This document shows, piece by piece, positions 14,005 to 27,820 of a DNA stretch of 64,000 nt; within the stretch, counting starts at the first letter, position 1; the number at the start of each line of letters is the position of its first letter. Under the pieces are notes generated by a model. The model worked only from the letters and a program-made list of their open reading frames with translations, was not told the origin of the DNA and searched no databases. A program made the position numbers and the translations under genes. The DNA is from Chiloscyllium plagiosum (lineage: Eukaryota), in assembly GCF_004010195.1 (NCBI RefSeq), contig NC_057720.1, positions 29,979,829-30,043,828 on the forward strand, in the 5' to 3' direction.

Positions 14005-14800
14005 TCAGAGTCATAGAGTCACAGAGATTTACAGCACAGAAACAGACCCTTTAGTCCAACTCATCCAAGCCAAGCAGTTATCCTAAATTAATCCAGTCCC
14101 ATTTGCCAGCACTTGGCCCATATCCTTCTAAACCCTTCCTCTTCATAAACCCATCCAGATGTCTTTAAAATATTGTAATTGTACCAGCCTACCACTTATT
14201 CCTCTGGCAGCTCATTCCATACACACACCACCCTCTGCATGAAAATATTGCCCCTTAAGGTCCTTTTAAATCTTTCCCCTCTCACCTTAAACCTATGCCC
14301 TCTAGTTCTAGACTGCCCCACCCCAGCAGAAAAGACCTTGTCCATTTACCCTGATCATGTCCCTCATGATTTTGTAAAGCTCTATAAGATTACCTCCGAC
14401 GTTCCAGGAAAAAACAGCCCCAGCTTAGTCAGCTTCCCCTGTAGCTCAAACCCTCGAACCCTGGCAACATCCTTGTAATTCTTTTCTGAACTCTTTCAAG
14501 TTTCACAACATCCTTCCAATAGCAGGGAGACCAGAATTGCATACAAAAGTGGCCTAACCAATCTCCTGTATGGCTGCAGTATGACTGCCCAACTCCTATG
14601 CTCAATGCTCTGACCAATAAAGGAAAGCATACCAAACACTTCTTCACTATCCTATCTCCCTGTGACTCGACTCCACTTTCAAGGAACGATGAATCTGCAC
14701 TCCAAGGTCTCTTTCTTCAGCAACACTCCCGAGGGCCTTACTATTAAGAGCCTTGATCTGTCTTTCCAAAATGCAGCACCTTATATTCATCTAAATTAAA
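14005..14800 (-). mobile_element. CR1 3' fragment
   Basis: CMQFWSPCYWKDVVKLERVQKRITRMLPG; tail gagtcatagagtc. Confidence 0.9.
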
Positions 14801-15394
14801 CTAATATAATGATTGTATGATTCTCCTCTGGTACTGAAACTGAAGACAAAAAAAAGCAGTAATCCCAAATCAGAGGAATTCCAATTCCAGTCCAGGTGGT
14901 ATGGCTGGAAAAAAATCCAAATAAGGTGAGAAGAAGGCAGGAGGGGATTTGATAATTATGAATTAAAATTCTCTAAAGGGAAGCTGGCTGTGGATGATGC
15001 AAGAGAAAATCTGGGCCATTGAGTTTTGGATAGTTTGTGATGGGTGAACGTGTCACAATTAAAAAGGTGACTATGTATTTGAGAAATCAATTTTGAGATC
15101 ATGCAGGGGAAGATGAAGGTTTCAACAGCAGTTAGGTGAGCTTTACAGCGTAACACCTTCATTTCCAAGAACCCTACCTTTATAATTTGCTCCTATGTCA
15201 TGATTCCTTTACTATCACAAGGTAACAGAGCTGGAGATCTTTAATTAACACCATTAAAGATGTACATTAACAACAGGGCAATAAACTTTCCCATATACTT
15301 GATAATGCAAAAAAAGGTACAGTCAAACTCTGGAGGTAGAAAAAGCCATCTTAGAAGATTTTTGCATGGACTAGAAAGGGTAGACTTGACACAG

Positions 15395-16110
15395 AGGGAC
15401 TGCAGCAAAGGTTCATTCCACTGATACCTGGGATGACAGGACTGTCCTTTGAGGAGAGATTGCTATGAAAGAGTTTGTTTCATAGAAACAGGCCATTTGG
15501 CCCAACAAGTCCACACCAACCTCTGAAGTGCATCCCACCCAGACCTACTCCCCTATCCTATAACTCTATATTTCCCCTGACACATGCCCCTAACCTACAC
15601 ATCCCTGAACACTATGGACAATTTAGCTTGGCCAATTCACCGAACCTGCACATCTTTGGACTGTGGGAGGAAATCGGAGCAACTGGAGGAAACCCATGCA
15701 GACACAGGGAGAATGTGCAAACTCCACACAGGTAGTCACCAGCTTGTATTTATGAAAGATTAGAAAGATGAGAAGGGATCTAATTGAGATGTACAAAATA
15801 CCAGGGCTAGACAGACTAGATACAGCCAGGATGCTTTCTCTAGTTGGGGGTCACAGTCTCAGTACATGGAGTAAGCCATTTCAAACTGAAGTGAGAGAAA
15901 AATCTCCTCCCTCAAAGGGTAGAAAATCTATGGAAGTCTGTAGAGACTGAGTCACTGAATATATTAGAGATTTTTTAAAATTTTAAAGACATTAATAGGG
16001 TATGGGAAGAAAGCAGGAACATGGTGTTGAGATAGAGGATCAGCCATGATCATATTTAATGGCTGAGCAGGCTTGAAGGGCTGAACAGCCTACTCCTGCT
16101 TCTAGGTTCC
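15395..16110 (+). mobile_element. Old CR1 3' fragment interrupted by an HE1 SINE
   Basis: gatacctgggatgacaggactgtcctttgaggagagattg resumes after the SINE as MRRDLIEMYKI. Confidence 0.75.
15480..15740 (-). mobile_element. HE1-type V-SINE, head truncated
   Basis: V-domain reverse complement: ggagaatgtgcaaactccacaca, caatttagcttggccaattcacc. Confidence 0.88.
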
Positions 16111-16644
16111 ATGCTTCATTCTTAAAGTTAACTGCACAAAAAATTTGAATTTTAGGTTGTTTGGCATGCCAATGCTATAGAAAACACAATTTGCCAGTGT
16201 GGAATTAACAATAATCCTTCACTTCTATAAATGTAATAATGCGTTGTTCCTAAACTATGTCTGAATGTTCAATAACCTATTGCTTCTATACTCATGAATG
16301 ATATTCTCACAAGGAGTGTAACATCCTGCAGCTACAATGTTCACTGTTGTGTAATATTTCACAGCTTTTATATTCATAAATAGTGTAATTTTTCTTGACC
16401 TCTGATACAATGGCTTATCCTTGTAATAATCCACATGCAGAAAAATACTCTTCCACCTCTAAATTTATGTACTGCACAATAATTTGGATAATATGGCAAC
16501 CCATTATTCTCTACCTCATATAGTTTATAGCTTACTGGCCCTCTACAATAATGAAATAGCCAACTGTTTTATCCCTGTTTGCAACTGAATAATTATTTTC
16601 CCCATCATTTAACATTTTCTACCTGAATAATGGCTGACTTCTGC

Positions 16645-16950
16645 AACATGGTGGCTCAGTGGTTAGCACAGCTGCCTCACAGCACCAGGGACCCGAGTTC
16701 AATTCCAGCCTTGAATGACTCTCTGTATTGAGTTTGCACGTGCTCCCTGTGTCTGTGGCACAGGTGCTCCAGTTTTGTCCTACAATCCAAAGATGTGCAG
16801 GTTAGGTGGATCAGACTAAATTGCCTGTAGTGTGCAGGCTAGGCAGATTAACCATGGGAAATGCAGGATGAAGGGATGTCCCTTGGAGGGTTGGTGTGGA
16901 CTCGATGGACTGAATGGCCTACTTCCACATTGTAGGTATTCTATAATTCT
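16645..16950 (+). mobile_element. HE1-type V-SINE
   Basis: tRNA-like head ggtggctcagtggttagcac...gagttcaattcc; V-domain; CR1-derived tail. Confidence 0.88.
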
Positions 16951-19019
16951 ACTGCTGTACTCATTTTATGGTGTAATAACTTAAAGTATACAATAATAAC
17001 TCAGTTTCTGTATTAATGTAAATAAAATTCAGGAGTGGTGTGTAACCAGCTGCTGATTCACTACCATATATTTTACGCTACTAACCAAAGATTAACTCCA
17101 TTGCTTCTGAGCTTTACCAGGACTGCTGAGATCAAAACCAAGGCCAGTGGGGGATCCAGGGAGGCATCTGTCTGGTGGTTTACATTGTTGCCATTGGGCA
17201 ATTGTTGCTACTGTCTTGAAGTATAGTAGCTAGCCTTAAGAGATTGCTGCACAATCACAGCGCCCACAGCTCAGTAATGATCAGGAGCACCAATGCTAGT
17301 AGTAGCCAGTATTGAGGAGCCAATTATGAGATAAACGTTTGTTGATAGCCGAACACCCTTGATGGAAGATAAGTGTTATTTGAGAAGCTCTGAAATATTG
17401 GACAGACTCTTGTAGATGTGATGGGGGTGTTGGATGCTGGCTGGAGAGATCCCACCCCCAGCATCATCTCTATTAAGGAACTCCTGCTGCATTATGTGGC
17501 CATCTGATATTTTACAAGGTCGTAGCAGGACTTTCATAGGATCAAATAGCAAGGGCAGAGGTCACATCCATCTACACCTTCTGATCAATCAGAGGTAGCG
17601 TTTCTACATGACATCCTCCCCCTCGATTAAATGCCCATCTTCCAGAAGCGACGGCAAAAACATCACAATTAACTCAGAGCTGTAAGCAGTTAAGTTAGGC
17701 TTACTACCTAAGAAAATAGGATCTGTGATTATGATCAAAAACCAATGAATGCAATCTTGAGGTGTGCTGGCTGCAGAATGTCGAGTTGAAAGGTGAGGAG
17801 CTGCATCTTGAGGATGCTTTGAACATCATTAGTACAGGATAGGAGGTCAGGGAAAGCAAGACCAGAATGGAAGTGGAATGGAGAATTAAGAAGCTCAGCA
17901 GCATGCCCACAGTGTGAAAGGGGGTCTTTTCAAAAGGATTCACCTAATCTGATTGTGATATTCCGAAGGAAGGGGAGAAGTGAAAGGGCAGCTGTTGTAT
18001 CTTCAGTTTTTGCATGGGCATGGTCTAAGCTTATCAGCCCGACAGTAAGTTTCTCAATGCTTCATTCTAAACATTTAAAGCAGAGTGAAGCTTTACCAGA
18101 GTAAGAACCTTTAGACAGAATTATGAAGGAGGGAGCTAGATCCATGTTATAGAGTTCGGCAGGTTTTCAGTGGATGAATGATGGTTACAGAAAGCTTCGG
18201 GACCTTCTTCAATAGTGTGAAGCCATGACCATTTTAACTGCTGGCTCTCATGAGTGTGTTGCTGGTCCACCTCCTACTCAGAGTGGGCAGTGCATGGCTG
18301 GTAGGCTCTAGGAGTTCTGTGATAGGGAAAAAGATTTCCAGCAGAGGGGAGACCTAGGCATTTGTGGCACTCTTGCTCCTATATGCCCCTTCGGCTTCCC
18401 AAACCTCTTCATGTAGCCTATTATCTGTCAGGAAGGTGCGGCAGGTTTACTGCTCATTTTGAAGATAAAATCACTTTTGGAGTTTAATGATAAATTAAAA
18501 CACCATCGGCTTTCAGTAGTGACCTGGCTGTGTGTCCAGAAGCACTTGGCAAAACAGAAAAGGGCAGAATCTGGATAGTAATTAACCAGAGGTATTCCAA
18601 TTACTTACCTCCCAGGACCCGCCATGTTACTAGGGTTAAAACTCTTCCATGTTTTATTTTATGCTGATCTATCTCTTTTTCAAATATTGCATTCAAAATC
18701 ATCTTATCACCTTTGGAATCATAGAGGCATTGTGGTTCTCCCCTTTGGAAACTGTAATGACAATTTACTTTGCACTTGCAACCATTGTTTGGTGATCCCC
18801 TGAACTGGCTGATACAATTGTTAATTTATAAGCTCTGCTTTCAAATGAATACCCATTTCTAAACTCTTATATAATTATTGTTTCTCTTAAAAATAGATTT
18901 CCTGCATAATTTAGAACACCTTTATAGTACCATTCACATACAGTTATAAAGAGTTTTCATAGTTTAATACTCTTTTTCTTCCATCTCAGAGATATATCTC
19001 AGAGTTCAAATGGTAGTGA

Positions 19020-19335
19020 TAGAATCATAGAATCCCCTATAGTAATCCCTTGAGAGATTTTTTGACCAATCAAGTCTGCACTGACCCTCTGATCAGCATC
19101 TCACCCAGACCCAATCTTGCATTTACTCTGGATAATCTACCTGGCCTACATATCCCTGAACACTGTGGAGTAATTTAGCATAGTCAATCCACGTAACCTG
19201 CCCATCTTTGGAAGGAAACTGGAGCATCCAGATGAAACCCAGGCAGACATGGAGAGAATGTGCAAACTTCAGACAGCCAATCGCCTGAGGATGGAATCAA
19301 ACTAGGTTCCTGGTGCTGTGAAATAGCAGTGCAGC
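19020..19335 (-). mobile_element. HE1-type V-SINE
   Basis: tagaatcatagaatccc tail; ggagagaatgtgcaaact; B-box reverse complement ggaatcaaac. Confidence 0.85.
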
Positions 19336-21509
19336 CCTTAGAGAAGTGCAAATCCCATTTATGTATATGACACTATGATAGCAGAGTGAAAACCCAGAGT
19401 GCTTTGAGGGTTAATTCTCTACAAACCTCAGTTTATTCAGGCATTCTGGCCCTGAAGTGCTCATTGGGATGTAGGAAATGCCTTGGGGCTGGGAATGACC
19501 ATAACGATTGAACACAATTGTGTTCACTATTAGAATATGCAAACTATAGTCAGCATTTTATAAAACGGAAAAGAATATTTCAAAAAGAGTATAGAGCCAC
19601 GAGTTATATTAAGTGTCACATAATGCTGCATTCATTCAGGTCAGACATTTTTTTTTCTTCTCTGATGTCCTATGCAACATGAATTCTAATGAACAATAAA
19701 ATCTATTTATTTATATATTTCCAACTTTTGAAATATGCATTTGATAAAGTATTCCATAATGGAGCCAAGGTGATCACAAAATATTGATTTAATGTGCCAG
19801 ACAGCAATGGGACAACTAATATGTATTTCTTTCATAGATTAAACATGCTGAAAGGCTAAACTAGGTCAGATGTCCAGAAGAAAGTCTCTGTGCAAAGCAC
19901 AAATAGTTTTCTGGATCACATAATAGAGTCAAAAGGACCGATTAATTCAAAATGGCCTTAGTAAAGGTGATAGTGGAATGTGTTTTATGGGCTGCAGAAC
20001 CAAGAACTACTAGTTAATGATTGATGTAGAGTATTGCTGGCAATCACTTTTCCATACTTGGTCCAAGGGTCTACTTCATTAACACAGATAAGACTCATTA
20101 ATAGTTTATCCTTTAACAAGAAAAGCAACTTGCTTTAACAATATATAGTCTATTGCATGATAGTAATAGGAATTAAAAGGTATTGCATTAACTAGAAAAA
20201 CGTAATTATCCAGGAACCAAGAATACCACATTTGACTCTGCCAGGATCTTGAGCTTGGTTCCTGATTCTCCACCCAAGACTGTACAACCTCATTAGATTT
20301 GGAGGAGCTTAATGCAGTCTTCAACTGTAACCCCTCCACAACTTTTAACTTATAAAATAGAGTTAAATGATTTTATGCCCCTGATTGTTGAGCTAACTTC
20401 AGCTCCAGTGGCCTCATTATTCTCTTATTTGTGCCTTTTGCTGAACTTCTCACTTGTGCTGATTGTTCAAGTGCTAAAAAGCTGATAGGAATGAAGGAAA
20501 AGTCAAAGGTGGGAATTGGTTAATAGTTGTAATAGTAGAATCCTGCTCAGTAGCCAAACTACAAAACAGAAAGAAATGAGAATAATATTTCTCAGGCAAA
20601 AGCACAATTATTTAGTCCATATACAGATCACAATTAGCCAATGGAGCAGTACAAGACCACAGAGCATTAGACAACTGCTGACAACATCAATAGAGAGTTA
20701 CTGGTGTCCATTGACAGTTGAATCACAATTTTTAACACAATTCCAAGCATTTAAAATTTGTAATGAATTGTTTATTTAATATTAAGCTTTTATTTTTAGA
20801 TGAACATGCCATTATCAATGAAACACAAAACTGGCATTTTGTGATGTCAGTCCGGATGGATGATTGCAAAAGAATAAAGCGAGTATTATTACTGTCAGGC
20901 CATCCTTTCTTCCTGGTTAGAAGAAGACAATCAGTATCTGTATAATAGTGAATCGAGATGAAACACCAAATTCCTGGCGAGCATTATGTGAGAACATGAA
21001 GGGGGTGGGTACTTTAGACACTGCCTGTGCAATGGTCATGTAAACTGGCTGGACTGAGATGGTATTCAACAGAATAAGCCAGCTCTCAATATTGAGCTCT
21101 GTCTACCACCTCATTTCATCCATTCGCGCCTTATTAAATTCTCATAAACTTGTCAAAGAGGACAGTTAGCATTTGTGCGTAGTCCATTAGCTTAGTAAAA
21201 TAACGGGACATGAAACATATGTTCTGGTGTTAGGCACTTGTGTGACTGATACATGCTCACGAATTAAATATCAAATCAAATTGGGGTAATTACTTGCAAA
21301 TGGAAAATTTTCATTTAATAAAAATAAAAGCCAAGAAAGGTTCATATCATTTGCAATTCCACAATACATGTACGATGTTTGAGTACAGAAGTAACAAATT
21401 ATTTGTATGCACAGAATCAGCAAATTATTACACTGCATTGTGGGAACAGGATGAAGGAGTTAACAAACCAAATCTGATACAGAAAACTATTTATATGTTA
21501 GAGTGGAAA

Positions 21510-21690
21510 GAGAGAACATGGAATAAAGCAGGAGAAACAGTGAGGGCATCTGGACAGAGAGAGAAGGGGAAACCTCGAGGACTCCGGGGATCAAGGAAGG
21601 AAGAGAAACAATGAGAATCCCAGGTAAAGAGAAATGGGGAGAAACAGTGAGGACAGCAGGAAGCAGGAGAGGAGGAGAGAAACAGTGGTC
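21510..21690. repeat. Degenerate ~36-bp purine-rich tandem repeat (core GGAGAAACAGTGAGG)
   Basis: Cores at ~21531, 21567, 21602, 21638, 21676. Confidence 0.6.
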
Positions 21691-22179
21691 ACCCGAACGG
21701 TAAATTTCAGATGAAAATGTCTGCGGGCGAGGGATGCTTGTGGCTGGTGGCCATGAATAGTCCCCTGAGGTGCTATTTGATAGTGAATAACATGGAGGCT
21801 GGTTCCAACAAGTCACCAGCTAAAGTCACCAGGTACCCACTCTATTTCAAGAATTCTTAATGTCTAGCTTGTTTCTGTGTTTCGATAAAAAAGACACTGA
21901 ACATTAATGAGGCATTTATAAAACCATTCTCCACAGTGTTTGGCAACTCAGCATTCAGCTGATGAATTAAAGAAGCATCAAGATCCTTCCAACATTGAGA
22001 TATTCTGCCCTGGACTTCTCAAATGATTCTGCCAACCTCCCATATGCTGCATCACTCAGATTCCGCCCTTGATACTTCACTTAAAATTTGCAGGAATTTA
22101 AATCTATTGTTGCCAGAAATAATCATCTATTGTGCTCTTCTTAAATTTAAATCAACTAAATTAAAGTAGCCATATGGAA

Positions 22180-22500
22180 ATCATTTGACAGACAGCATTT
22201 GGAATAGTGTGCACCGTTCTGGACACCATCCTCCAAACAGACACTGATGTTTTGCAGGTGGCTTCCAGGAGAGCAACAAGGTTAATTCCAAGACGTGGGA
22301 TTAGATCCTGGGAAAAGACGAGTGCTTCCACTAAAGTACAGTTAAGAGGAACATCATCCAGCTCTTTTGAAATGATATCAGGCATAGATAATGCAAATCC
22401 AAGCAACTAGAAATACAAGGGCAAGGTTGGTGAATTCAAATGAGGACAAAGTAACTCTCCAACAACCCTTCCCCCGTGGGTTCTGGATATGTGGAAGGAA
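22180..22500 (+). mobile_element. Very old CR1 3' remnant
   Basis: tttggaatagtgtgcaccgttctggacacc; QVASRRATRLIP. Confidence 0.6.
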
Positions 22501-23029
22501 GATTAGCAGAAGTATTTGACCTCTACACTGAAAATTTCAATACTCCCGAGCCCAGCTTTTTAATTTTTTTTTAGACAACTGCAAGAACACAAACATTTCA
22601 CAGATAGCTTTATTGTTGGCACATTAATCCCGTGTTGGAAGAAAATACACTTAAAAATTAAAGAAACTGTAGATGGGAGTGAATACTTTCTATGCATATC
22701 AAGAAAAGTTATCTTTGACTTTGACCTTATTATTTGAGTTGGTGAATTATGACCTGAAGAATCCAGTATACTGTTCTATTTTGTCAACAGCGATGAAACA
22801 TCCAGAGTGGCTGTATTAAGAGCAATACTGATCACATCAGATCGGCCTGATATTAACCAAGCCAGACAATATTGGTAATCCAGTGAAGGGGACATTGAGA
22901 GTATTAATTAAGTACATAAATTGGAGCAAACCAACTCAGGAGTGAAATCAGGAAGCACCTTTACACATAGAAAGTAGTGAAAAATCTGAAACTCCCTTCA
23001 ACCCCAGAGTCAATTTTAAACGCTTATGT

Positions 23030-25737
23030 TTACTTTGATGAATTGGTGAGAGTTACTTAAAGGGATGACAGTGGATGGGCAATGGCAAACATTCCAGGAA
23101 CGCATGGGGGAACTGCAACAACTAGTTATTCCTGTCCGACACAAAAGTAAAATATGTAAGAGAGTGAATCCATGGATTAGAAAGGAAATTAGAGATAGCA
23201 TCTAATCCAAGGAAGAAGCATACAGGTTGGCCAAGAAAAATAGTAGGTCTAAGGATTGGAAGCAGTTTACAATTCAGGAAAGAAGGATCAAAGGATTGAT
23301 TAAGAAGGGAAAAATGCAGTTCGAAAGTAAGCTTGCAGGGAACGTAAAGACTGACACTAAGAGTTTCTTTAGGTATATGAAGAGAAAGAAATTGGTGAAG
23401 ATAAATGTAGGTACCCTACAGACAGAAATGGGGGGGAGGATGTATAATAGGGGACAAAGAACTGGCTGAGCAACTGACCACATACTTTATCTTCACAAAA
23501 CAGGACACACATCAGATACCACAAATGTTGGAGAATGCAAGATTTAGTGAGAGATAAGAACTGAGGGAGGTCAATATTAGTAGAGAAATGGTGCTGGGAA
23601 AATTGAGAGGATTGAAGGTGGGTATGTCCCTACAGCCTGAAAATCTACACTCCAAAGTACTTAAAGAAGTGGCTCCAGAAATAACAGATCCATTGGTTGT
23701 CATCTTCCATGATTCTATTAACTCTGGTTCAGTGCCTGCAGATTGGAGAGTAGCTAATGTCACTCCCCAATGTGAGTGGGGTAGAGAGAAACCAGGGAAT
23801 TACAGACCAAAAAGCCTAACATCTGTAGTAGGGAAAATTCTCAAATCTACTATCAAGGACTTTATAGCAGAGTATTTAGAAAGCAGTGGCAGGATCAGAC
23901 AGAGTCAGCATGGATTAAAAAGGGGAAAATCATATTTGACAAATCTGTAGGAATTCTATGAAGATGTAACCAGCAGAGTTGACAAGGAAGAGCCAGTTGA
24001 TGTGGTAGATTTGGACTTTCAGGAAGTGTATGACAAAGTCCCACATAAGAGATTATTGTGCAAGATTAAACCACATGGGATTGGGGAAAGTGTATTGAAT
24101 TGGATGGAAAACTGATTGGCAGAGAGGAAACAAAGAGTAGGAATTAATGGGTTGTTTTCAAATTGGCAGGCAGTAACTGGTGGGGTGCCACAGGGATCAG
24201 TAGATCCCCAGATATTCACAATATATATTAATGATTTGGATGAGGGAACAAAATGTAAAATCTCAAAATTTGCAAATGATGCCAAGTTGGGTGGGAGGGT
24301 GAACTATGACGAGGATGCAGAGATCCTTCAGCATGAGCTGGACAGGTTGGGTGAATGGGCAAGTCAATGGCGAATGCAGTATAATTTTGATAATTGTGAG
24401 ATTATTCACTTTGGAAAACAAGAAGGCAGATTACTACCTGAATGGCGGTAAATTGGGACAGGGGAGTGTGCAGAGACCTGGGTGTCCTTGTGCACCAGTC
24501 GCTAAAGATAAGCATTCAGGTGCTGCAGGCGGAAAGAAGGCAAACGGGATGTTGGCCTTCATTGTGAGAGGTTTCAAGTACAGGAGTAGGGATGTGTTGT
24601 TGCAGTTCTACAGGGCCTTGGTGAGGTTGCACCTAAGAATATTGCGTGCAGTTTTGGTCTCCTTTTCTGAGGAAGGATGCTCTTGCTCTCGAGGGAGTGC
24701 AACGACAGTTTACCGGCTGATTCCAGGGATGGCGGGACTGACGTATGAGGAGTGATTGACTAGGTTAGAATTGTTTTTACTGGAGTTCAGATGAGTGAGA
24801 GGATCTCATAGAGACTTATAAAATTCTAGCGGGACTAGACAGGGTAGATGAAGGGAGGATGTTCCTGAAGGCGTTGTGTCCAGAACCAGGAGTCACAGTC
24901 TGAGGTTCTGGGGTGGATCATTTAGGACGGATATGAGGAGACATTTCTTCACCCAACAGTGGTGAGCCTGTGAAATTTATTACCATGGACATTGTTGATG
25001 CCAAAACACTGAATTTATTCAAGAGGTGGCTTGATATAGCACTTCGGGTAAATGAGATCAAAGGTTGTTCTTGAGAAAGGATGTACTGGCACAAGAAGCG
25101 GGTGCAGAGGAGGTTCACTTGGCTGATTCCGGAGTTGAGGGGGTTGGCTTATGAGGAGAGACTGAGTAGATTGGGATTATATTCATTGGAATTTAGAAGA
25201 ATGAAGGGGGATCTTACTGTAAAAATAAAATTATAAAGGGAATAGATAAGATACAAGTAGAGAGGATGCTTCCACTGGCAGGTAAAACTAGGACAAGATG
25301 GCATATTGTCAAAATTAGTGGGGGGAGGAAGATTTAGGACTGAATTGAGAAGGAACTTCTTCACCCACAGGGTTTTGAATCTATGGAATTCTCTGCCCAA
25401 TGAAGTGGATGAGGCTTCCTCAGTAAATGCTTTAAAAGCTAAGAGAGCTAATTTCTTAAATAGTAAATGAAATAATGGTTATGGTGAGAGGGTGGATAAG
25501 TGGAGTTGAGGCCACAAAAAGGTAAGCCATGATCTTATTCAATGGCAGAGTAGGCTCGAAGGCCCAGATGGCCTACTCTTGCTCCTTTTTTTTTCTTATG
25601 TTCTTCTGTTCTTATATTATGGGGAGAAAGCAGGGTTAGACTATTGAGTTGGACGATCAGCCATGACCATGATGAATGGCAGAGCAGCCTCAAAGGGCTG
25701 AATGGCCGCCTCCTGCTCCTATCTTCTACGTTTCTAT
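23030..25737 (+). mobile_element. CR1 ORF2 (tether, RT, 3' end), frameshifted, with a nested CR1
   Basis: VPADWRVANVTP, GNYRPKSLTSVVGK, GGVPQGSV, SKFANDAKLGG; outer copy breaks at ~25066 and resumes at ~25619. Confidence 0.93.
25067..25617 (+). mobile_element. Nested CR1 3' fragment of a different subfamily
   Basis: Second copy of the RT C-terminal region with its own tail ttcttatgttctt. Confidence 0.85.
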
Positions 25738-27704
25738 TTAAAAGATTTTGGTAAACAAGGAGAACGAGGGAGGGAGGGTAAGTGAAGTTGTGATACAGAT
25801 TGGTCAGGATCAGGTTCAACTTACTGACTAACCTATTTCTGTTCCAATGTGTTGGTATGTTTATTTTTCCACATTTGAAAAGTTACGAGTACATGAATTC
25901 CACATGCAAAACAATACTTTTAAAAATCAATAATTTCCTAAAGGGCTCTGCTGCTCTTTGGAAAGAGTCAGCAATGGATAACATTACTAAACCTGTTAAA
26001 TCCAATGACCCTCTCGTTGAGTTAAGGGCTTCTGCTGAAGGAATTGACTTCTAAATAACTTCAGAACCTATTTGCAGCAATTATGGTGCTGAAGACATAA
26101 AGCTTCACCTTAGCAACAGAATTGTGCATTATGTTACATGATATAAAGCTCCTGTTCCTGTAAAATAGATCCTGTAATTTACTGTGAGTAACACTCTAGG
26201 CTATCGACTAGCCTTATACAATGACATGAAAAGTATTTACTCAATAGATTCTCTTTGGGAGGAATTATCATTTGGATACAGCTTGTGGGGACACACACAC
26301 ACAGAAAGTATGCCTTTTCATAGCTGTTATTAATTATTGACCCCATAGATGGCATTATTAGTAGGACTTTAAGGGATGTCCAGGATCTATCTGTAGTAAC
26401 TTCAGGAGAAAAAAACTCAACCAAAAACAGCAGAGACCCCAACTGTACCCAAATGTTATCTACCAGGGCATTCTATTTCTGCACCATTAACACCAAACTT
26501 TTTGCAACACATTGTCATTTTATCCTAAAGTACGTCTTGTATAACCAGGTACTTTTACATGGCATTTAATTATCGTGGTCATAGGTTTTTTTTGTATGAT
26601 TTCATTGTTTTCAGTTTTAAATTGCAGAATGACATGATTGAGAATCCATCCATCAGGAAAAACTGACTGTCAACCCATTATAGAGATTGTTGATTGCCTA
26701 AATATATTCTGGGGTTCATTGCTTGCAGTATTGATTCAGATATCTGTCTAACATGTTGATCATATTTTACATGAAGGTCACCACTGATTTGAACCTATGT
26801 TTTTTTGTCCTGATGTCATGGTCTAACTTGAACATTGTGCTTCGGATTCACCACTTCTTTCTCATTCACTTTCCTTCAAAACATCCTTCAAAAGTTTCTC
26901 ATTTAGAAGGTGCAGAGCCACAAATTCTTCCTGTTTTTCTTTATGACTGCACCGTCTTTTGGGATTGGTACACTGACACCCTTTCACACAATGTTCAGAG
27001 CTTGCAGGTCACTCCCATACCTTGGTATAAAAATCATATTGCTATTTACTATTTAATCCAACTTGACTTTAGTTGCATCTTCAGATTCAACAAACTTCCT
27101 CCCTACCCTGAATCAGAATGCAAGAAGCTCTGAATTGAACTATTAATATCAATGAGAAACAATAGGCTGAACTCTCTCATGATTTGAATTTTTTGAGTGA
27201 GGTTCATGGTGGGCAGGCCACATTGGCTCGTACCAACTTTTCATATGTCTTTGCACTTTTCTGCTCATTAATTATGAGACTGGCTCTTTTAGCACCCATC
27301 TTATGGACTTAAGCAGCCAGAGGACAGCAATGATGGTTACTGCTAGGACAATGCAACTTTCATGCCATTGGCGCCTCATTAAAAAGAAATCAAGCTCTAC
27401 ACAGTGTTTCAGATATTGCAGGCTAGGGATTGTCCTGCACCCTTATCCCAACCGAAATGGCCCAGGAACATAGGATGTCAAAGGGAACGCCAATGTCCTG
27501 GCTGAAACTTAACACCCAGTCAAGCAGGGAGGTTAATGATCTTCTGTACTCCACAAGGATAAATGACAGCATCTTCTCTCTGCTACCTCACATTCAGAGA
27601 TCCACCACTCTCTCTAACTGCAACATCGCACCAAGGCTCATGGACTACAACTTGCAGTATTGCATGATTCGTGTCCATGCAATGGCTCTCACTCACCTCA
27701 TCAT

Positions 27705-27820
27705 TTGCCCGTAGTGTTAGGTAAGGGGTAAATGTAGGGGTATGGGTGGTGTGGACTTGTTGGGCCGAAGGGCCTGTTTCCACACTATAATGTAATCTAA
27801 TCTAATGTAATCTAATCTAA
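27705..27820 (+). mobile_element. HE1 SINE 3' fragment with (TAATC)n tail
   Basis: tgcccgtagtgttaggtaaggggtaaatgtagggg...gggcctgtttccacact. Confidence 0.85.

Noticed and set aside
17200..18620. Possible decayed DNA transposon (PIF/Harbinger-like); similar GC-richer blocks at 27400-28450 and 50690-51090
   Set aside because: No transposase motif or convincing TIR/TSD could be read; needs a repeat-library search.
21510..21690. CRISPR-like repeat/spacer pattern
   Set aside because: Vertebrate context, degenerate cores, low-complexity linkers and no cas genes.
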